A DNA stretch of 63,189 bases, counting the filler. It is 7 parts of 7 records of this genome, joined end to end, with 100 filler letters (N's around TTAATTAATTAA, not from the genome) between each part and the next. Parts side by side here need not be neighbours in the genome. Positions count along the whole stretch, not along the records: positions 22,770 to 35,714 come from SRR22947727_142; positions 35,815 to 41,467 come from SRR22947727_152; 5 more parts are not named here. One strand, 5' to 3'. Under the pieces are notes generated by a model. It searched no databases, had not been told where the DNA came from, and was given only the letters and a program-made list of their open reading frames with translations. Positions within the stretch are counted from its first letter, which is position 1. Each line of letters begins with the position of its first letter. Made by a program: the position numbers and the translations under genes. Shown piece by piece: positions 30,388-40,785 of the stretch.

Positions 30388-31324
30388 CTATTTTCATCAT
30401 TTTTTTTAAATTAAAATTATTTATACCAAATTGATTTAATTTTTTTTTTCTAAAATATTCAATCAATTCATTAATAGAATCATCTACTGTAAATTTAGGC
30501 TTAAAACCTGATTTAATTAATCTCGATGAATCCTGTCTGTAGGATCTTAAATCGACTTGTTTTTTAATTATTAATTTTGCTGCTGTTTTTTTTTGTATTT
30601 TTTTCGCAATTTGTAAAATACTTAAATTTTCAAAACCCATATTGTAAATATTGTATTTATTTTTTTTATTATTAAATAAAAAAAACTCTATTACTCTAAC
30701 AACATCTTTCATATTTGCATTTGGTCTAATCTGATCGCCCCCATCGACAAATATTTTTTTTTTGAAAATTGCATCAAAAGTTAATTTATTGACCGTCAAA
30801 TCTAATCTTAATCTATCAGAAAATCCAGAAACAGTTGCTGGTCTCAAACATATTAAATTAATCTTATCTTTGTAGCTTAAAAATACTCTTTCAGCGATCA
30901 TTTTAGTTTTATTATAAACAGATATAGGATTTAATTTTAAATCTTCAGTAACTCTTTTTTCTTTTTTTACTCCATAAACACTCCCAGAACTAAAAAAAAT
31001 AATTTTTTTTATTTTGTTTTTAATTGCATGCTCAACAATTATTTTTGAGGCTAAAACATTTACCTCCCAAGACAAGTTTGGATTTAATTCAACTGATGGA
31101 TCATTTGCAATATTAGCTAAATGAATAATACTATCAATTTTTTTAATATTGATTTTATCAAAATTTCTAATATCTTCTTTAACAATTGTTAAATTAGTAT
31201 TTTTTTTTAAATTATTACCAAACCATAAGTTGTCTATTATTGTTACTTTGTGATTATTAAGCAAAAGTTTTTTGGTTATTTCAGTGCCAATAAAACCACA
31301 ACCACCTGTAATTAAAATATTCAT
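30377..31324 (-). CDS. NAD-dependent NDP-sugar epimerase/reductase
   Basis: TGGCGFIG, HLANIANDP, SSGSVYG, YNKTK, LRPAT. Confidence 0.9.
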   Translation of the reverse strand: MNILITGGCGFIGTEITKKLLLNNHKVTIIDNLWFGNNLKKNTNLTIVKEDIRNFDKINIKKIDSIIHLANIANDPSVELNPNLSWEVNVLASKIIVEHAIKNKIKKIIFFSSGSVYGVKKEKRVTEDLKLNPISVYNKTKMIAERVFLSYKDKINLICLRPATVSGFSDRLRLDLTVNKLTFDAIFKKKIFVDGGDQIRPNANMKDVVRVIEFFLFNNKKNKYNIYNMGFENLSILQIAKKIQKKTAAKLIIKKQVDLRSYRQDSSRLIKSGFKPKFTVDDSINELIEYFRKKKLNQFGINNFNLKKMMKIDVK

Positions 31325-31328
31325 TAAT

Positions 31329-32846
31329 CTATTTTAGAATGTGATTTATTTGTTTTTGAAGAATTGAATAATTAAAAATTAATTTATTTCCTAGCTGATT
31401 TGTGGAATATGCAGCCGCCAATGAACTAAATAGCAAAACAAGTTTTGGATCTACCTTACTTGATAAGCATAATGCCGACAGCGTCAAAAAAGTATCTCCC
31501 GCACCTATCGAATCAATACTTTTTTGATTAAATGCCGGGCAATATATGCTCAACCAGTTTTTACAGCTAAAAAAAACTGAGCCTAAATTTCCCCTGGTCA
31601 CTATAGCATTATTGAATATAATTTTTTTTCTAAGTAATTTCACTAATTCTATTATTCTTGAACTATTGTCGCCTATCTCATAACGCAATTCACTTTCATT
31701 TATGACTAGAGTATTAATTTTTTTATATTTAAAAATAGAATGATAACCTCTGTTAAATGAATTTATTTGTGTATTTAAAAAAATTTTTTTACTATTTTTA
31801 GAAATTAATTTTCTTATTTTTTCAGTTATAATCCCGTGACCATAATCAGCTACTATTACAGATTTATATTTTTTTAAATTTTCTTTTATTAAATTATAAA
31901 ATTTACTTTCTTCATTTTTAGAGATTGGTTGGTCATTTAAATCGTAAATACCGATAATCTTATTTTTTTTATAATCGTCTAAATATCTAGTTTTTAAAAT
32001 TGTAGGAGAGCCTTTTTTTAATAAAAAATTATATTTTATTTTTTTATATAAATTTTTTAGAATAAATTTTTTTTCATTTTTAAACTGACCCAGAAAACTT
32101 AATAATTTTGTCTCTTTAGCAAATGAATTACAGAGATTAGCTATATATCCAATACCTCCTAAAAATTTAATATCATTTTTTTTTTTTATAACCATTATTG
32201 GTTCTTTACCTGATTTTCCAATTGCTTCTGTCGTGATATATTTATCAATAATTGTTTCACCAATAGTTAATACTTTTTTCTTTTGAATAGATTTTAAATT
32301 ATTTAAGATTTGTTCAAGTGAATAACGATTTCGAATTGACTCAATAAATTTTTTACATTCTTCACTTAGATTCTGAAGCCCATAGTCATTTATCGTTTTG
32401 CTAGAACTATAATTTTTTTCCCTTATTATATGAAATTTCCCATTTACAGATCTTAAAGCTTTTAATTCTTTATTTAAATTTTTATCTTTTTTTTCTGAAA
32501 CACCTAAATAATCAATTCCCTTGCAATAATAATTAGGTTTTAAATTAATTATTATTTTTTCTGCCGTCAAATAATCACTTATACATATATGATCTATGCA
32601 ATTTATTTGATTTAGAAACTTTACTCTTTCATTTATACTAAAGGCAGGTCTTCCCGGTCCTTTATTAACAAACTGATCGTCTGTTACTGAAACTACTAAT
32701 TTATGGCCAAGTTTTTTTGCTGAAATAAAATAATTAATATGACCAATATGTAATAGGTCAAAAACTCCATGGCAAAGAATAATTTTTTTATTTTTATATT
32801 TTTTTTTAAGAAATTTTAATTCATTTATATTCAATAATTTGTTCAT
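31329..32846 (-). CDS. Nucleotidyltransferase / PfkB sugar-kinase fusion (HldE/RfaE-like, reversed domain order)
   Basis: N-terminal HGVFDLLHIGH and NKGPGRP; C-terminal DYGHG and DSIGAGD. Confidence 0.88.
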   Translation of the reverse strand: MNKLLNINELKFLKKKYKNKKIILCHGVFDLLHIGHINYFISAKKLGHKLVVSVTDDQFVNKGPGRPAFSINERVKFLNQINCIDHICISDYLTAEKIIINLKPNYYCKGIDYLGVSEKKDKNLNKELKALRSVNGKFHIIREKNYSSSKTINDYGLQNLSEECKKFIESIRNRYSLEQILNNLKSIQKKKVLTIGETIIDKYITTEAIGKSGKEPIMVIKKKNDIKFLGGIGYIANLCNSFAKETKLLSFLGQFKNEKKFILKNLYKKIKYNFLLKKGSPTILKTRYLDDYKKNKIIGIYDLNDQPISKNEESKFYNLIKENLKKYKSVIVADYGHGIITEKIRKLISKNSKKIFLNTQINSFNRGYHSIFKYKKINTLVINESELRYEIGDNSSRIIELVKLLRKKIIFNNAIVTRGNLGSVFFSCKNWLSIYCPAFNQKSIDSIGAGDTFLTLSALCLSSKVDPKLVLLFSSLAAAYSTNQLGNKLIFNYSILQKQINHILK

Positions 32847-32903
32847 AAATAAAATTTTATATCTATTTTTTGTAAAATAAAATTATGTTAGTAAATAATC
32901 TGC

Positions 32904-34628
32904 TCATATTATTTTATATAAATAAATTGTACTATCACTTTCTTCTAATATATATATTAATTCCAATTTATCGTTTATAACTTCAAAAGAAGAAACTATA
33001 TATTTAGCACCTAAATTTTTTGCCTCGTCAAATTTAATTAACAAATTTTTTTTATTGGTATAAAAAAGATAAATTCTATTACCCCAATTATCATAATAAT
33101 CTTTTAAAAAATTATTTTGATTAAGTTCTTCTTCTATTATTAATCTAAATTTTTTTTTATAAAATAAAGGGTATATATTATAGTACCCATCGATAATATT
33201 AATATTGTTCATTGCAGCTATCATGGGATCAATTCCTAATGAAGCAATTCGACTTTCTTCAACTGTGTTTTTAATTTTCTCATATTGATCAAATTTATAA
33301 TAATTATCAAATGAAGATCTAGCTTTTAAATCAAAGTTTATTTTATTTAATTTAAAATTATTTAATTTAAATATTTTTGATAGTAAACTTTTATAATTTT
33401 TAAAATTATAATCTTCTTTTACATTATCAAGATACTCTTCCTTTAAATTAATCTTTAAAAATTCTTTAACATATTCAGTGCATGGCAAATAAAATTGTAG
33501 CATCAAACACGACGATATAATCATTATTTGAAAAAACTTTTTATAATATAATCTTTTTGAAAAAGTCATAATCAAACCAACTAACAAAGATAATAAAAAT
33601 GGCATTAAGTTTACAATTCTAGAAAAATTAAAACCTTTTAAAAACTTAAAAGTTATTTCAAAAAAATTATCAATTAATGAAGATTGTAAAATTACCCTTA
33701 GTAAAAATAAAATAAAAATAAAAAATGTTACATAATAAACTCTTTTATCATTTATAAGAATGAAAGAAAAAATAATACAAACCTTTAAAAAGTTTAAAGG
33801 TAATAAAAAAATATCAAATAAATTTTGAATTGAAAAAAAATTATATAAAAAAACTATTTCTTTTTTAAATGAACCAAATAAATGTTCTTTAATAAATTCT
33901 AATCTATGAATTGGTTGTTCAAAAATAGTTAAAAATAAGGGTATTGAAGAAATTAAAATTGCTGTAGAAATAGTAAAAATTATAGCAAAATAATTTTTTA
34001 ATATATTTTTATCATCTTTTAAAAAAAAACATAATATTAAGCCTGTAATGAATGCTAAATAATCAAAAATAAGTGAGCTATTTAATCCTATAAAAAAGAT
34101 TATTAAATAATGTTTTAAAGAAAAATTTTTTTTAAATAAAATTAAATAAAATATATAAGGCATAAAAGATAAAAAAATTGTTGGAGAATAATTCGCAAAA
34201 CTTAAATGAACAATGGTTGCATAAAGTATTGATGCAAAAAAAGCACTTTTTTTATCTTTTAAAAAAAATTTAGAAAATAAAAAAAAAGAAAGGTAAGAAG
34301 AAATTTTTTTTATAATTTCAAAAACAAAATAAAAAATTTTATCGTTAAAAATTAAATTAAATAAATTTATTGGATAAAATATTTTATCTAAGTAAAACCA
34401 TTTAAATTCACCCCCTAGAAAAGATTTATAGCTATCTATTTCGCCATTAATCATTCTTGAAATTATGTGATTGTATACAACTACATTATCTAAATTATCA
34501 TGGCTATTAATTACAATTTCTTTAAATAAAAAAAATGATAGAAAATAGTAAAATGAAAAAATTAATAATGCATAAAAATGATATTTTAAACTTAAATTAT
34601 TACTTTTCAAAATATATAAATTAGACAT
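32904..34628 (-). CDS. Polytopic membrane protein (DUF6044-like)
   Basis: HDNLD near N-terminus, many TM segments, C-terminal GIDP..DGYYNIYPL.YK..FR..I..EL..WGNR.Y. Confidence 0.7.
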   Translation of the reverse strand: MSNLYILKSNNLSLKYHFYALLIFSFYYFLSFFLFKEIVINSHDNLDNVVVYNHIISRMINGEIDSYKSFLGGEFKWFYLDKIFYPINLFNLIFNDKIFYFVFEIIKKISSYLSFFLFSKFFLKDKKSAFFASILYATIVHLSFANYSPTIFLSFMPYIFYLILFKKNFSLKHYLIIFFIGLNSSLIFDYLAFITGLILCFFLKDDKNILKNYFAIIFTISTAILISSIPLFLTIFEQPIHRLEFIKEHLFGSFKKEIVFLYNFFSIQNLFDIFLLPLNFLKVCIIFSFILINDKRVYYVTFFIFILFLLRVILQSSLIDNFFEITFKFLKGFNFSRIVNLMPFLLSLLVGLIMTFSKRLYYKKFFQIMIISSCLMLQFYLPCTEYVKEFLKINLKEEYLDNVKEDYNFKNYKSLLSKIFKLNNFKLNKINFDLKARSSFDNYYKFDQYEKIKNTVEESRIASLGIDPMIAAMNNINIIDGYYNIYPLFYKKKFRLIIEEELNQNNFLKDYYDNWGNRIYLFYTNKKNLLIKFDEAKNLGAKYIVSSFEVINDKLELIYILEESDSTIYLYKII

Positions 34629-34672
34629 ATTTATTTTATATTATTAATTAAATATTAATGTAAGTATATTTA

Positions 34673-35179
34673 ATGAAAAAAAAACCAGGAGCATTTTTAG
34701 ATAGGGATGGAGTCATTAATTATGATTTAAAATACGTACATAAATATAAAGATTTTAAATTTAAGATTGGAGTAATCGAAGGATTACAATTACTAACAAA
34801 AAAAAATTATAGAATTTTTATAGTCTCTAATCAATCAGGTATTGCAAGAGGATATTATAAAAAAAAAGATGTTTATTTATTACACAAAAAAGTTATAAAT
34901 TATTTATCAAAGAAAAAAATTAAAATTAGTCAAATTAAATTTAGCCCCTATCATCATTTAGGTGTAATAAAAAAGTATACTAAGATTCATGCAAGCAGAA
35001 AACCAGGGAATTTAATGGTTAAAGAATTATTAAAAAAATGGCCTACAAATAAAAAAAAAAGTTTTATGATTGGGGATAATAAATCAGATCAAATTTGTGC
35101 AAAAACAAGTAACTTATATTTTGAATATGCAAAAAAGAATTTTTACAATCAAATAATCAATATTTTTAAAAAAATTTAG
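34673..35179 (+). CDS. gmhB: HAD-IIIA phosphatase (heptose bisphosphate phosphatase-like)
   Basis: FLDRDGVIN, SNQSGIARG, RKP, MIGD. Confidence 0.88.
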   Translation: MKKKPGAFLDRDGVINYDLKYVHKYKDFKFKIGVIEGLQLLTKKNYRIFIVSNQSGIARGYYKKKDVYLLHKKVINYLSKKKIKISQIKFSPYHHLGVIKKYTKIHASRKPGNLMVKELLKKWPTNKKKSFMIGDNKSDQICAKTSNLYFEYAKKNFYNQIINIFKKI

Positions 35180-35182
35180 TTC

Positions 35183-35714
35183 TTAAATAACTTTATTGAG
35201 TCTAATTAGATCACAAATACTTAAAAGCCATATTTGATGAATATTTTCAATATGGTTGTAAATATTACTGTCTACCCATAAATTATAATTTCCCTGTTTT
35301 GAAAGAGGATTATTTTTTTTATTTCCTGTTAATGTAATTATTTTAGAAATTTTTTTTCTTTTTGCAGCCTTGCATGCGTTTAACATATTTTTTGAATTAC
35401 CGCTTGAAGAAATTAATATTATTATATCTTTTTGCGTAGCATAAAATTCTATCGCTTTTTCCACCCATTTTTCATAACCATAATCATTTGAAAAGCATGT
35501 AATCAAATCAGCTTCATTAAAATTCATAGCTTTTACGTTTAAATTTTTTGTAAAATCTACACTTACATGGCTTGCAATAGCAGCACTACCCCCATTACCA
35601 AAAATAAAAATCCTTGAATTATTTTTTCTAGCTTTATTAATAATTTTTTTTATCCTGATAATTTTATCAAGAGTTTTATTATCAGGTATAATTTTTAAAC
35701 TAAGGTTTTTTAAA
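35183..35714 (-). CDS. gmhA: SIS-domain phosphosugar isomerase (GmhA-like), 5' end missing
   Basis: Frame stays open upstream of the listed Met to the spacer and contains IFGNGGSAAIASH; also NDYGY, ISSSGNS. Confidence 0.82.
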
Positions 35715-35814
35715 NNNNNNNNNNNNNNNNNNNNNNNNNNNNNNNNNNNNNNNNNNNNTTAATTAATTAANNNNNNNNNNNNNNNNNNNNNNNNNNNNNN
35801 NNNNNNNNNNNNNN
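35715..35814. other. Artificial contig spacer
   Basis: 44 N + TTAATTAATTAA + 44 N. Confidence 0.99.
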
Positions 35815-35815
35815 T

Positions 35816-35920
35816 CATTTTGAAAAAAAAGGTTGGCCAGAGTCTACAGTTGTTATTAGGTTTTGGATTATTTCAATTATTTTAGCGATGATTGGATTGG
35901 CCACTCTAAAATTAAGATAA
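35816..35920 (+). CDS. mraY: Phospho-N-acetylmuramoyl-pentapeptide transferase, 3' end
   Basis: [34 protein letters not shown]-stop, directly before murD. Confidence 0.95.
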   Translation, partial: HFEKKGWPESTVVIRFWIISIILAMIGLATLKLR

Positions 35921-37236
35921 TGATAAATAAATTAAATATTTTTTTAAATAAGAAAATATTAGTTTATGGGTTAGGTAAAAGCGGGATAGCATCTTATAAA
36001 TTTTTAAAAGATAAAAGTGATGTTTATTTATATGATGATTTTAGATCTAATATTCAAGCTGTTCATTTAAAAAAAAGATCAATTAATTACTCGGATATTT
36101 CAAAAATTGAATTTGATAAAATAGTTATAAGCCCAGGTATAGATCTAAATAAATGTAAGCTAACTAAATTTTTAAAAAAAAATAAAGATAAAATTTATTC
36201 CGATTTGGATATATTTTATGCATTTTATAAAAATGACTCTATAACAATAACTGGTACAAATGGGAAATCGACTACATCTCAACTCTTGTATGAAGTTTTA
36301 TCAAATCAAAAATTTAATGTTAAATTTGTTGGAAATATTGGAAAACCAATTTTATCAATTAAGAATGTTAAAAAAGATACAATCTTTGTTATTGAAGCTT
36401 CCTCTTACCAATTAGAATATAGCAAAATTTTTAAATCAAAATATTCAGTAATACTAAATTTATCTCCAGACCATATTGAAAGACATCAAACTATAAAGAA
36501 ATATGTTAAGGCTAAATTTAGACTATTAAAAAATCAACTAAAAGGACATTTTGCATTTGTTAAAAGAAATGATTTACTAATTCATAAGGAACTCAGAACA
36601 AATAAATTTAAAAGTAAGATAATAAAAGTTGACACTAATAAAGTCGATAGATTTTTAGGTAAAATTAAAAATACTTATTTTTTAACAGAAACCAACAAAG
36701 AAAATTTATCATTTGTTTTAGAAATATCTAAAAAATTTAAATTTAAAAATAATTTATTTATAAAAACAATTCAAAATTTTAGAGGGCTTAAGTATCGTCA
36801 GCAAGTTATCTTAAAAAAAAATAATCTAACAATCATTAATGACTCAAAATCTACAAGCTTTTCTTCATCTATAGGTGTTTTAAAGGTAAATCCCAATATT
36901 TATTGGTTATTAGGGGGCATGCCAAAAAAGGGAGATGAATTTAATTTACCCAAAAAATATTTTAGTAATATTAGAGCTTTTATATATGGAAAAAATAAAA
37001 ATTTTTTCATAAAAAAATTAAATGGAAAAATTAAATATTATGACTTTGATAATTTAAAAGAAGCCTTAAAAAAAGTATTTGCGATTATAAAACAACAGAA
37101 TAGCACTCAACAGACTATATTATTCAGCCCTTGTGCAGCTTCCTTTGATAAATTTAAAAATTTTGAAGAAAGAGGTTTGTACTTTAATAATTTGATAAAG
37201 AAATATTTGAATGGAAAAAAAAAGATCAATATATAG
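35920..37236 (+). CDS. murD: UDP-MurNAc-L-Ala:D-Glu ligase
   Basis: GLGKSG, SPG, ITGTNGKST, EASSYQL, NDSKST, SPCAASFDKF; start moved to ATG at 35920 (TAATG overlap with mraY). Confidence 0.96.
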   Translation: MINKLNIFLNKKILVYGLGKSGIASYKFLKDKSDVYLYDDFRSNIQAVHLKKRSINYSDISKIEFDKIVISPGIDLNKCKLTKFLKKNKDKIYSDLDIFYAFYKNDSITITGTNGKSTTSQLLYEVLSNQKFNVKFVGNIGKPILSIKNVKKDTIFVIEASSYQLEYSKIFKSKYSVILNLSPDHIERHQTIKKYVKAKFRLLKNQLKGHFAFVKRNDLLIHKELRTNKFKSKIIKVDTNKVDRFLGKIKNTYFLTETNKENLSFVLEISKKFKFKNNLFIKTIQNFRGLKYRQQVILKKNNLTIINDSKSTSFSSSIGVLKVNPNIYWLLGGMPKKGDEFNLPKKYFSNIRAFIYGKNKNFFIKKLNGKIKYYDFDNLKEALKKVFAIIKQQNSTQQTILFSPCAASFDKFKNFEERGLYFNNLIKKYLNGKKKINI

Positions 37237-38335
37237 TTTTTATTATGAGTGGTGGAAAAATATTGATAAATTCATATTTTTTATAATAATTTTATTGTTT
37301 ATTACTGGGTTGTTTTTTTCCTTAGTATCAACTTCATTAATTGTTTCGGATAAATTAGAAACAAATGATTACACATTTTTTTTTAAACACTTATTATTTG
37401 TTTTTTTGGGGATAATAATAATTTTTCTTTTATCTTCAATTAATGAGGCAAAACTTTTTAAATTTTCTCAAATAATTTTTATATTTTCATTAATTAGCTT
37501 ATTACTTGTTCCTATTATAGGTGTAGAAGTGAATAGTGCTCAACGATGGATAGATTTATATTTTTTGCCAAGATTTCAACCGATTGAGTTAGTAAAACCA
37601 TTTTTGATTATTTCAATTAGCTTAATCTTGAGTAGTAAAAAATACACTAACATCTACCTTAAATATTTACTTTCTTTTTTTATAACTCTAATGATAGCTA
37701 TATTATTAGCTGCTCAACCTGACATAGGACAAACATTATTAATTTTCTTTAGTTGGTCACTTTTAATTTTTATTTCTGGAATCAACATTGTCTTTTTAGC
37801 AGCTTCTATTTCAGTTTTATTAATAATACTTTTTTTTTCTATTATGATTTTTCCAAAATTTGAATATATCAAAAATAGAATAACATCTTTTTTTAACACT
37901 GAGGCGGGTACATATAATGCACAATCAGAAAAAGCGATCGACTCTATTACAAGTGGTGGATATTTTGGAAAGGGAATAGGAGAAGGAACTTTAAAAAACA
38001 GAGTGCCCGAGGCTCATACTGATTATATTATATCTGTTATTTCTGAGGAGTTTGGAGTCATTGCCATAATCTTAATTTTATTTTTGTTTTTAATATTTAT
38101 TTATTCAGTTTTAAAAAAAGTTAATTTAAAAAATGAAGAAAGAACAAAATTAGTTCTAGTAGGTTGTATCAGTTTGATTTTAATACAAGCAATGATACAT
38201 ATAGGGGTAAATATAAGATTGTTTCCCACAACAGGAATGACACTTCCATTTATAAGTTATGGGGGCTCTTCAATAATAAGCATTTCTATTTTATCTGGTA
38301 TAATTTTAAACTTAACAAAACGAAAAATTAACTGA
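37211..38335 (+). CDS. ftsW: Peptidoglycan glycosyltransferase FtsW
   Basis: AQRWI, FQPIE, QPDIG, PEAHTD, EEFG, PTTGMTLPFISYGGSS. Confidence 0.96.
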   Translation: MEKKRSIYSFYYEWWKNIDKFIFFIIILLFITGLFFSLVSTSLIVSDKLETNDYTFFFKHLLFVFLGIIIIFLLSSINEAKLFKFSQIIFIFSLISLLLVPIIGVEVNSAQRWIDLYFLPRFQPIELVKPFLIISISLILSSKKYTNIYLKYLLSFFITLMIAILLAAQPDIGQTLLIFFSWSLLIFISGINIVFLAASISVLLIILFFSIMIFPKFEYIKNRITSFFNTEAGTYNAQSEKAIDSITSGGYFGKGIGEGTLKNRVPEAHTDYIISVISEEFGVIAIILILFLFLIFIYSVLKKVNLKNEERTKLVLVGCISLILIQAMIHIGVNIRLFPTTGMTLPFISYGGSSIISISILSGIILNLTKRKIN

Positions 38336-38336
38336 T

Positions 38337-39401
38337 ATGGAAAATAATTTTTTAATTACAACAGGTGGTTCCGGAGGTCATGTTATACCTGCTACAATTC
38401 TTTATGATCATTTATCAAAAAAAGCAAGATTATTAATTACCACAGATAAAAGAGGTTCAAAATACTTAAATAAAGATTCTTATTTATTTGAAATTATAGA
38501 TACTCCAAAGTTGAATAATATTATTTTTTTATTACCAAATTTAATAAAAGTTTTTTTTTTAATTTTTAAATCTATCTTTTTATTAAAGAAAAAAAAAATT
38601 AAAAAAATTTTATCTACAGGAGGATATATGTCGCTTCCTGTGATCTTAGCAGCGAAATTTTTAGGATTGAAAATTTTTTTATTAGAACCCAATCAAGTTT
38701 TAGGTCGTAGTAATAAATTTTTTTTACAATCTTGTGCTAAGATTTTTTGTTATTCAAGAGAAATTAAAAATTTTCCAGAAAAATTTAAAGATAAGATGGT
38801 TATTATTAATCCGTTGGTAAAAAAAAGTATTTATGAAGCAAATTTATCATTAAAAAATAGAGACAAATTTAATCTTTTAGTAGTAGGTGGTAGCCAAGGG
38901 GCAGATATTTTTGATAAAAAATTAAAAGATTCTATTAAGAATATTTCAAAGGATTTTCCAATTAAAATAATTCAACAAACTAGTGAAAAAAATATTTTAC
39001 TTTTAAAAAATTTTTATTTTAAAAATAATATTGAAAATATAATTTTTAGTTTTACTAAAAACTTTACTCAAATTATTCAACAAGCAGACTTATGTATAAC
39101 AAGAGCTGGTGCTTCAACTTTAGCTGAATTGTCAGTTTTAAATACACCTTTTATAGCAGTCCCATTACCAACATCTAAAGATAATCATCAACTTGAAAAT
39201 GCGAATTACTATAAAAATAATGATTCTTGCTGGGTTTTAGAGCAATCTTCTTTTGAAGAGAAGATCGAAGAAGTTTTAAAAGACATTATTGATAATAAAA
39301 GTAAATATATGAAGAAAAAAGAAAACTTAAAAAAAATAAACCACCAAAATACTTGGAATAATGTAAATAAAAAAATATTAGAAATTATAAATGAAAATTG
39401 A
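38337..39401 (+). CDS. murG: Lipid II GlcNAc transferase
   Basis: GGSGGHVIP, GGY, GGSQGA, RAGASTLAE, HQLENA. Confidence 0.96.
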   Translation: MENNFLITTGGSGGHVIPATILYDHLSKKARLLITTDKRGSKYLNKDSYLFEIIDTPKLNNIIFLLPNLIKVFFLIFKSIFLLKKKKIKKILSTGGYMSLPVILAAKFLGLKIFLLEPNQVLGRSNKFFLQSCAKIFCYSREIKNFPEKFKDKMVIINPLVKKSIYEANLSLKNRDKFNLLVVGGSQGADIFDKKLKDSIKNISKDFPIKIIQQTSEKNILLLKNFYFKNNIENIIFSFTKNFTQIIQQADLCITRAGASTLAELSVLNTPFIAVPLPTSKDNHQLENANYYKNNDSCWVLEQSSFEEKIEEVLKDIIDNKSKYMKKKENLKKINHQNTWNNVNKKILEIINEN

Positions 39402-40785
39402 ATTAGCTAAAACAGAAATTATTCACTTTATTGGAATAGGTGGGATAGGTATGAGTGGACTGTCTTTAATAATGAATGGTAAAGGCTTTAAGACTCAAGG
39501 AAGTGATTTATCTTTAAATAAAAATATTGAAAGATTAAAAAAAGAAAAAATTAAAATTTTTATTGGTCATAAGAAACAAAATCTTAATAAAGCAACGATA
39601 GTTGTTGTTTCTTCGGCAATAAAAAAAAATAATCCTGAAATGATTGAAGCAAAAAGAAAAAAGCTCCCAATTATTGCAAGGGGAAAAATGTTAGCACATA
39701 TTGTTTCTTTAACTAAAAATATTGTCGTAGTTGGATCACATGGAAAGACTACTACGACTTCATTAGTAGCTTCAATCTTTCAAAAAACAAAATTAGATCC
39801 CACAATTATTAACGGTGGTGTTATTAATTCAATACAAAATACTGCTAAGCTTGGAAAAAGTGAATGGTCAATATTAGAGGCCGACGAGTCTGACGGAAGT
39901 TTTATTCACATACCCCCGACATACTCAATAATTACTAATATTGATAGAGAACATATGGATTTTTATAAGTCCATAGATGATTTAAAAAGTTATTTTATAA
40001 AATTTATAGAAAAAGTTCCATCATTTGGAAAATCATTTATTTGTATAGATGATAAGATTAATAATGAAATTGTAAAAAAATTAGAAAGTAAAAATTTTTA
40101 TACCTATGGTACCAATCTAAATTCAAACTTTTTAATTAAAAATATAAAACAAAATAAAAAGTTTACTGAGTTTGATGTCCAAATTAAAGTACCCAATAAA
40201 AAAAAAATATTAATTAAAAAGATAAGAATACCTTTACTTGGCATACATAATGTAAGAAACTCAGTTGGCGCTATAGCTGTAGCTTTAACAGTTGGAATAT
40301 CAATTTCAGACATTAAAGAAGGTTTATTAAACTTTAAAGGTGTTCAAAGACGATTTAATAAAATATTCACTCACAATAATATTGATTTCTATGATGACTA
40401 TGCACATCATCCCACAGAAATAAAAGTTGTATTAGAGGGTGTTAACAAAGTTTATAAAGGGTTTGAAAAAGTGTGCATATTTCAGCCTCATCGAATTTCA
40501 AGATTAAAAGACCTTAAAAAAGACTTTTCCTTTTCTTTTAAAAATGCTGACACTGTTATCTTGTGCCCAATTTATAGTGCTGGCGAAAAAATCAAACTAG
40601 GTTTTAATTATAATTCATTTGCAAAGGAAATAATTAAAAATTCAAAAGTAAAATTATTTTTAGTTAATGATAATTATCAATTAGCAAAATTTCTTAAAAA
40701 AAATATGTATGGAAAAAAAATTGTGATTGGAATGGGAGCTGGTACTATCTCTAGTTGGATGAAAACACTTCCACAATTGATATAA
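39391..40785 (+). CDS. murC: UDP-MurNAc:L-alanine ligase
   Basis: GIGGIGMSG, GSHGKTTTT, EADESD, DDYAHHPTE. Confidence 0.97.
   Translation: MKIELAKTEIIHFIGIGGIGMSGLSLIMNGKGFKTQGSDLSLNKNIERLKKEKIKIFIGHKKQNLNKATIVVVSSAIKKNNPEMIEAKRKKLPIIARGKMLAHIVSLTKNIVVVGSHGKTTTTSLVASIFQKTKLDPTIINGGVINSIQNTAKLGKSEWSILEADESDGSFIHIPPTYSIITNIDREHMDFYKSIDDLKSYFIKFIEKVPSFGKSFICIDDKINNEIVKKLESKNFYTYGTNLNSNFLIKNIKQNKKFTEFDVQIKVPNKKKILIKKIRIPLLGIHNVRNSVGAIAVALTVGISISDIKEGLLNFKGVQRRFNKIFTHNNIDFYDDYAHHPTEIKVVLEGVNKVYKGFEKVCIFQPHRISRLKDLKKDFSFSFKNADTVILCPIYSAGEKIKLGFNYNSFAKEIIKNSKVKLFLVNDNYQLAKFLKKNMYGKKIVIGMGAGTISSWMKTLPQLI

Noticed and set aside
35863-35919. N-terminal extension of MurD (likewise MurB 40755-40784 and DegT 61553-61573)
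   Set aside because: Overlaps the upstream gene; downstream ATGs coupled to the upstream stop are more plausible
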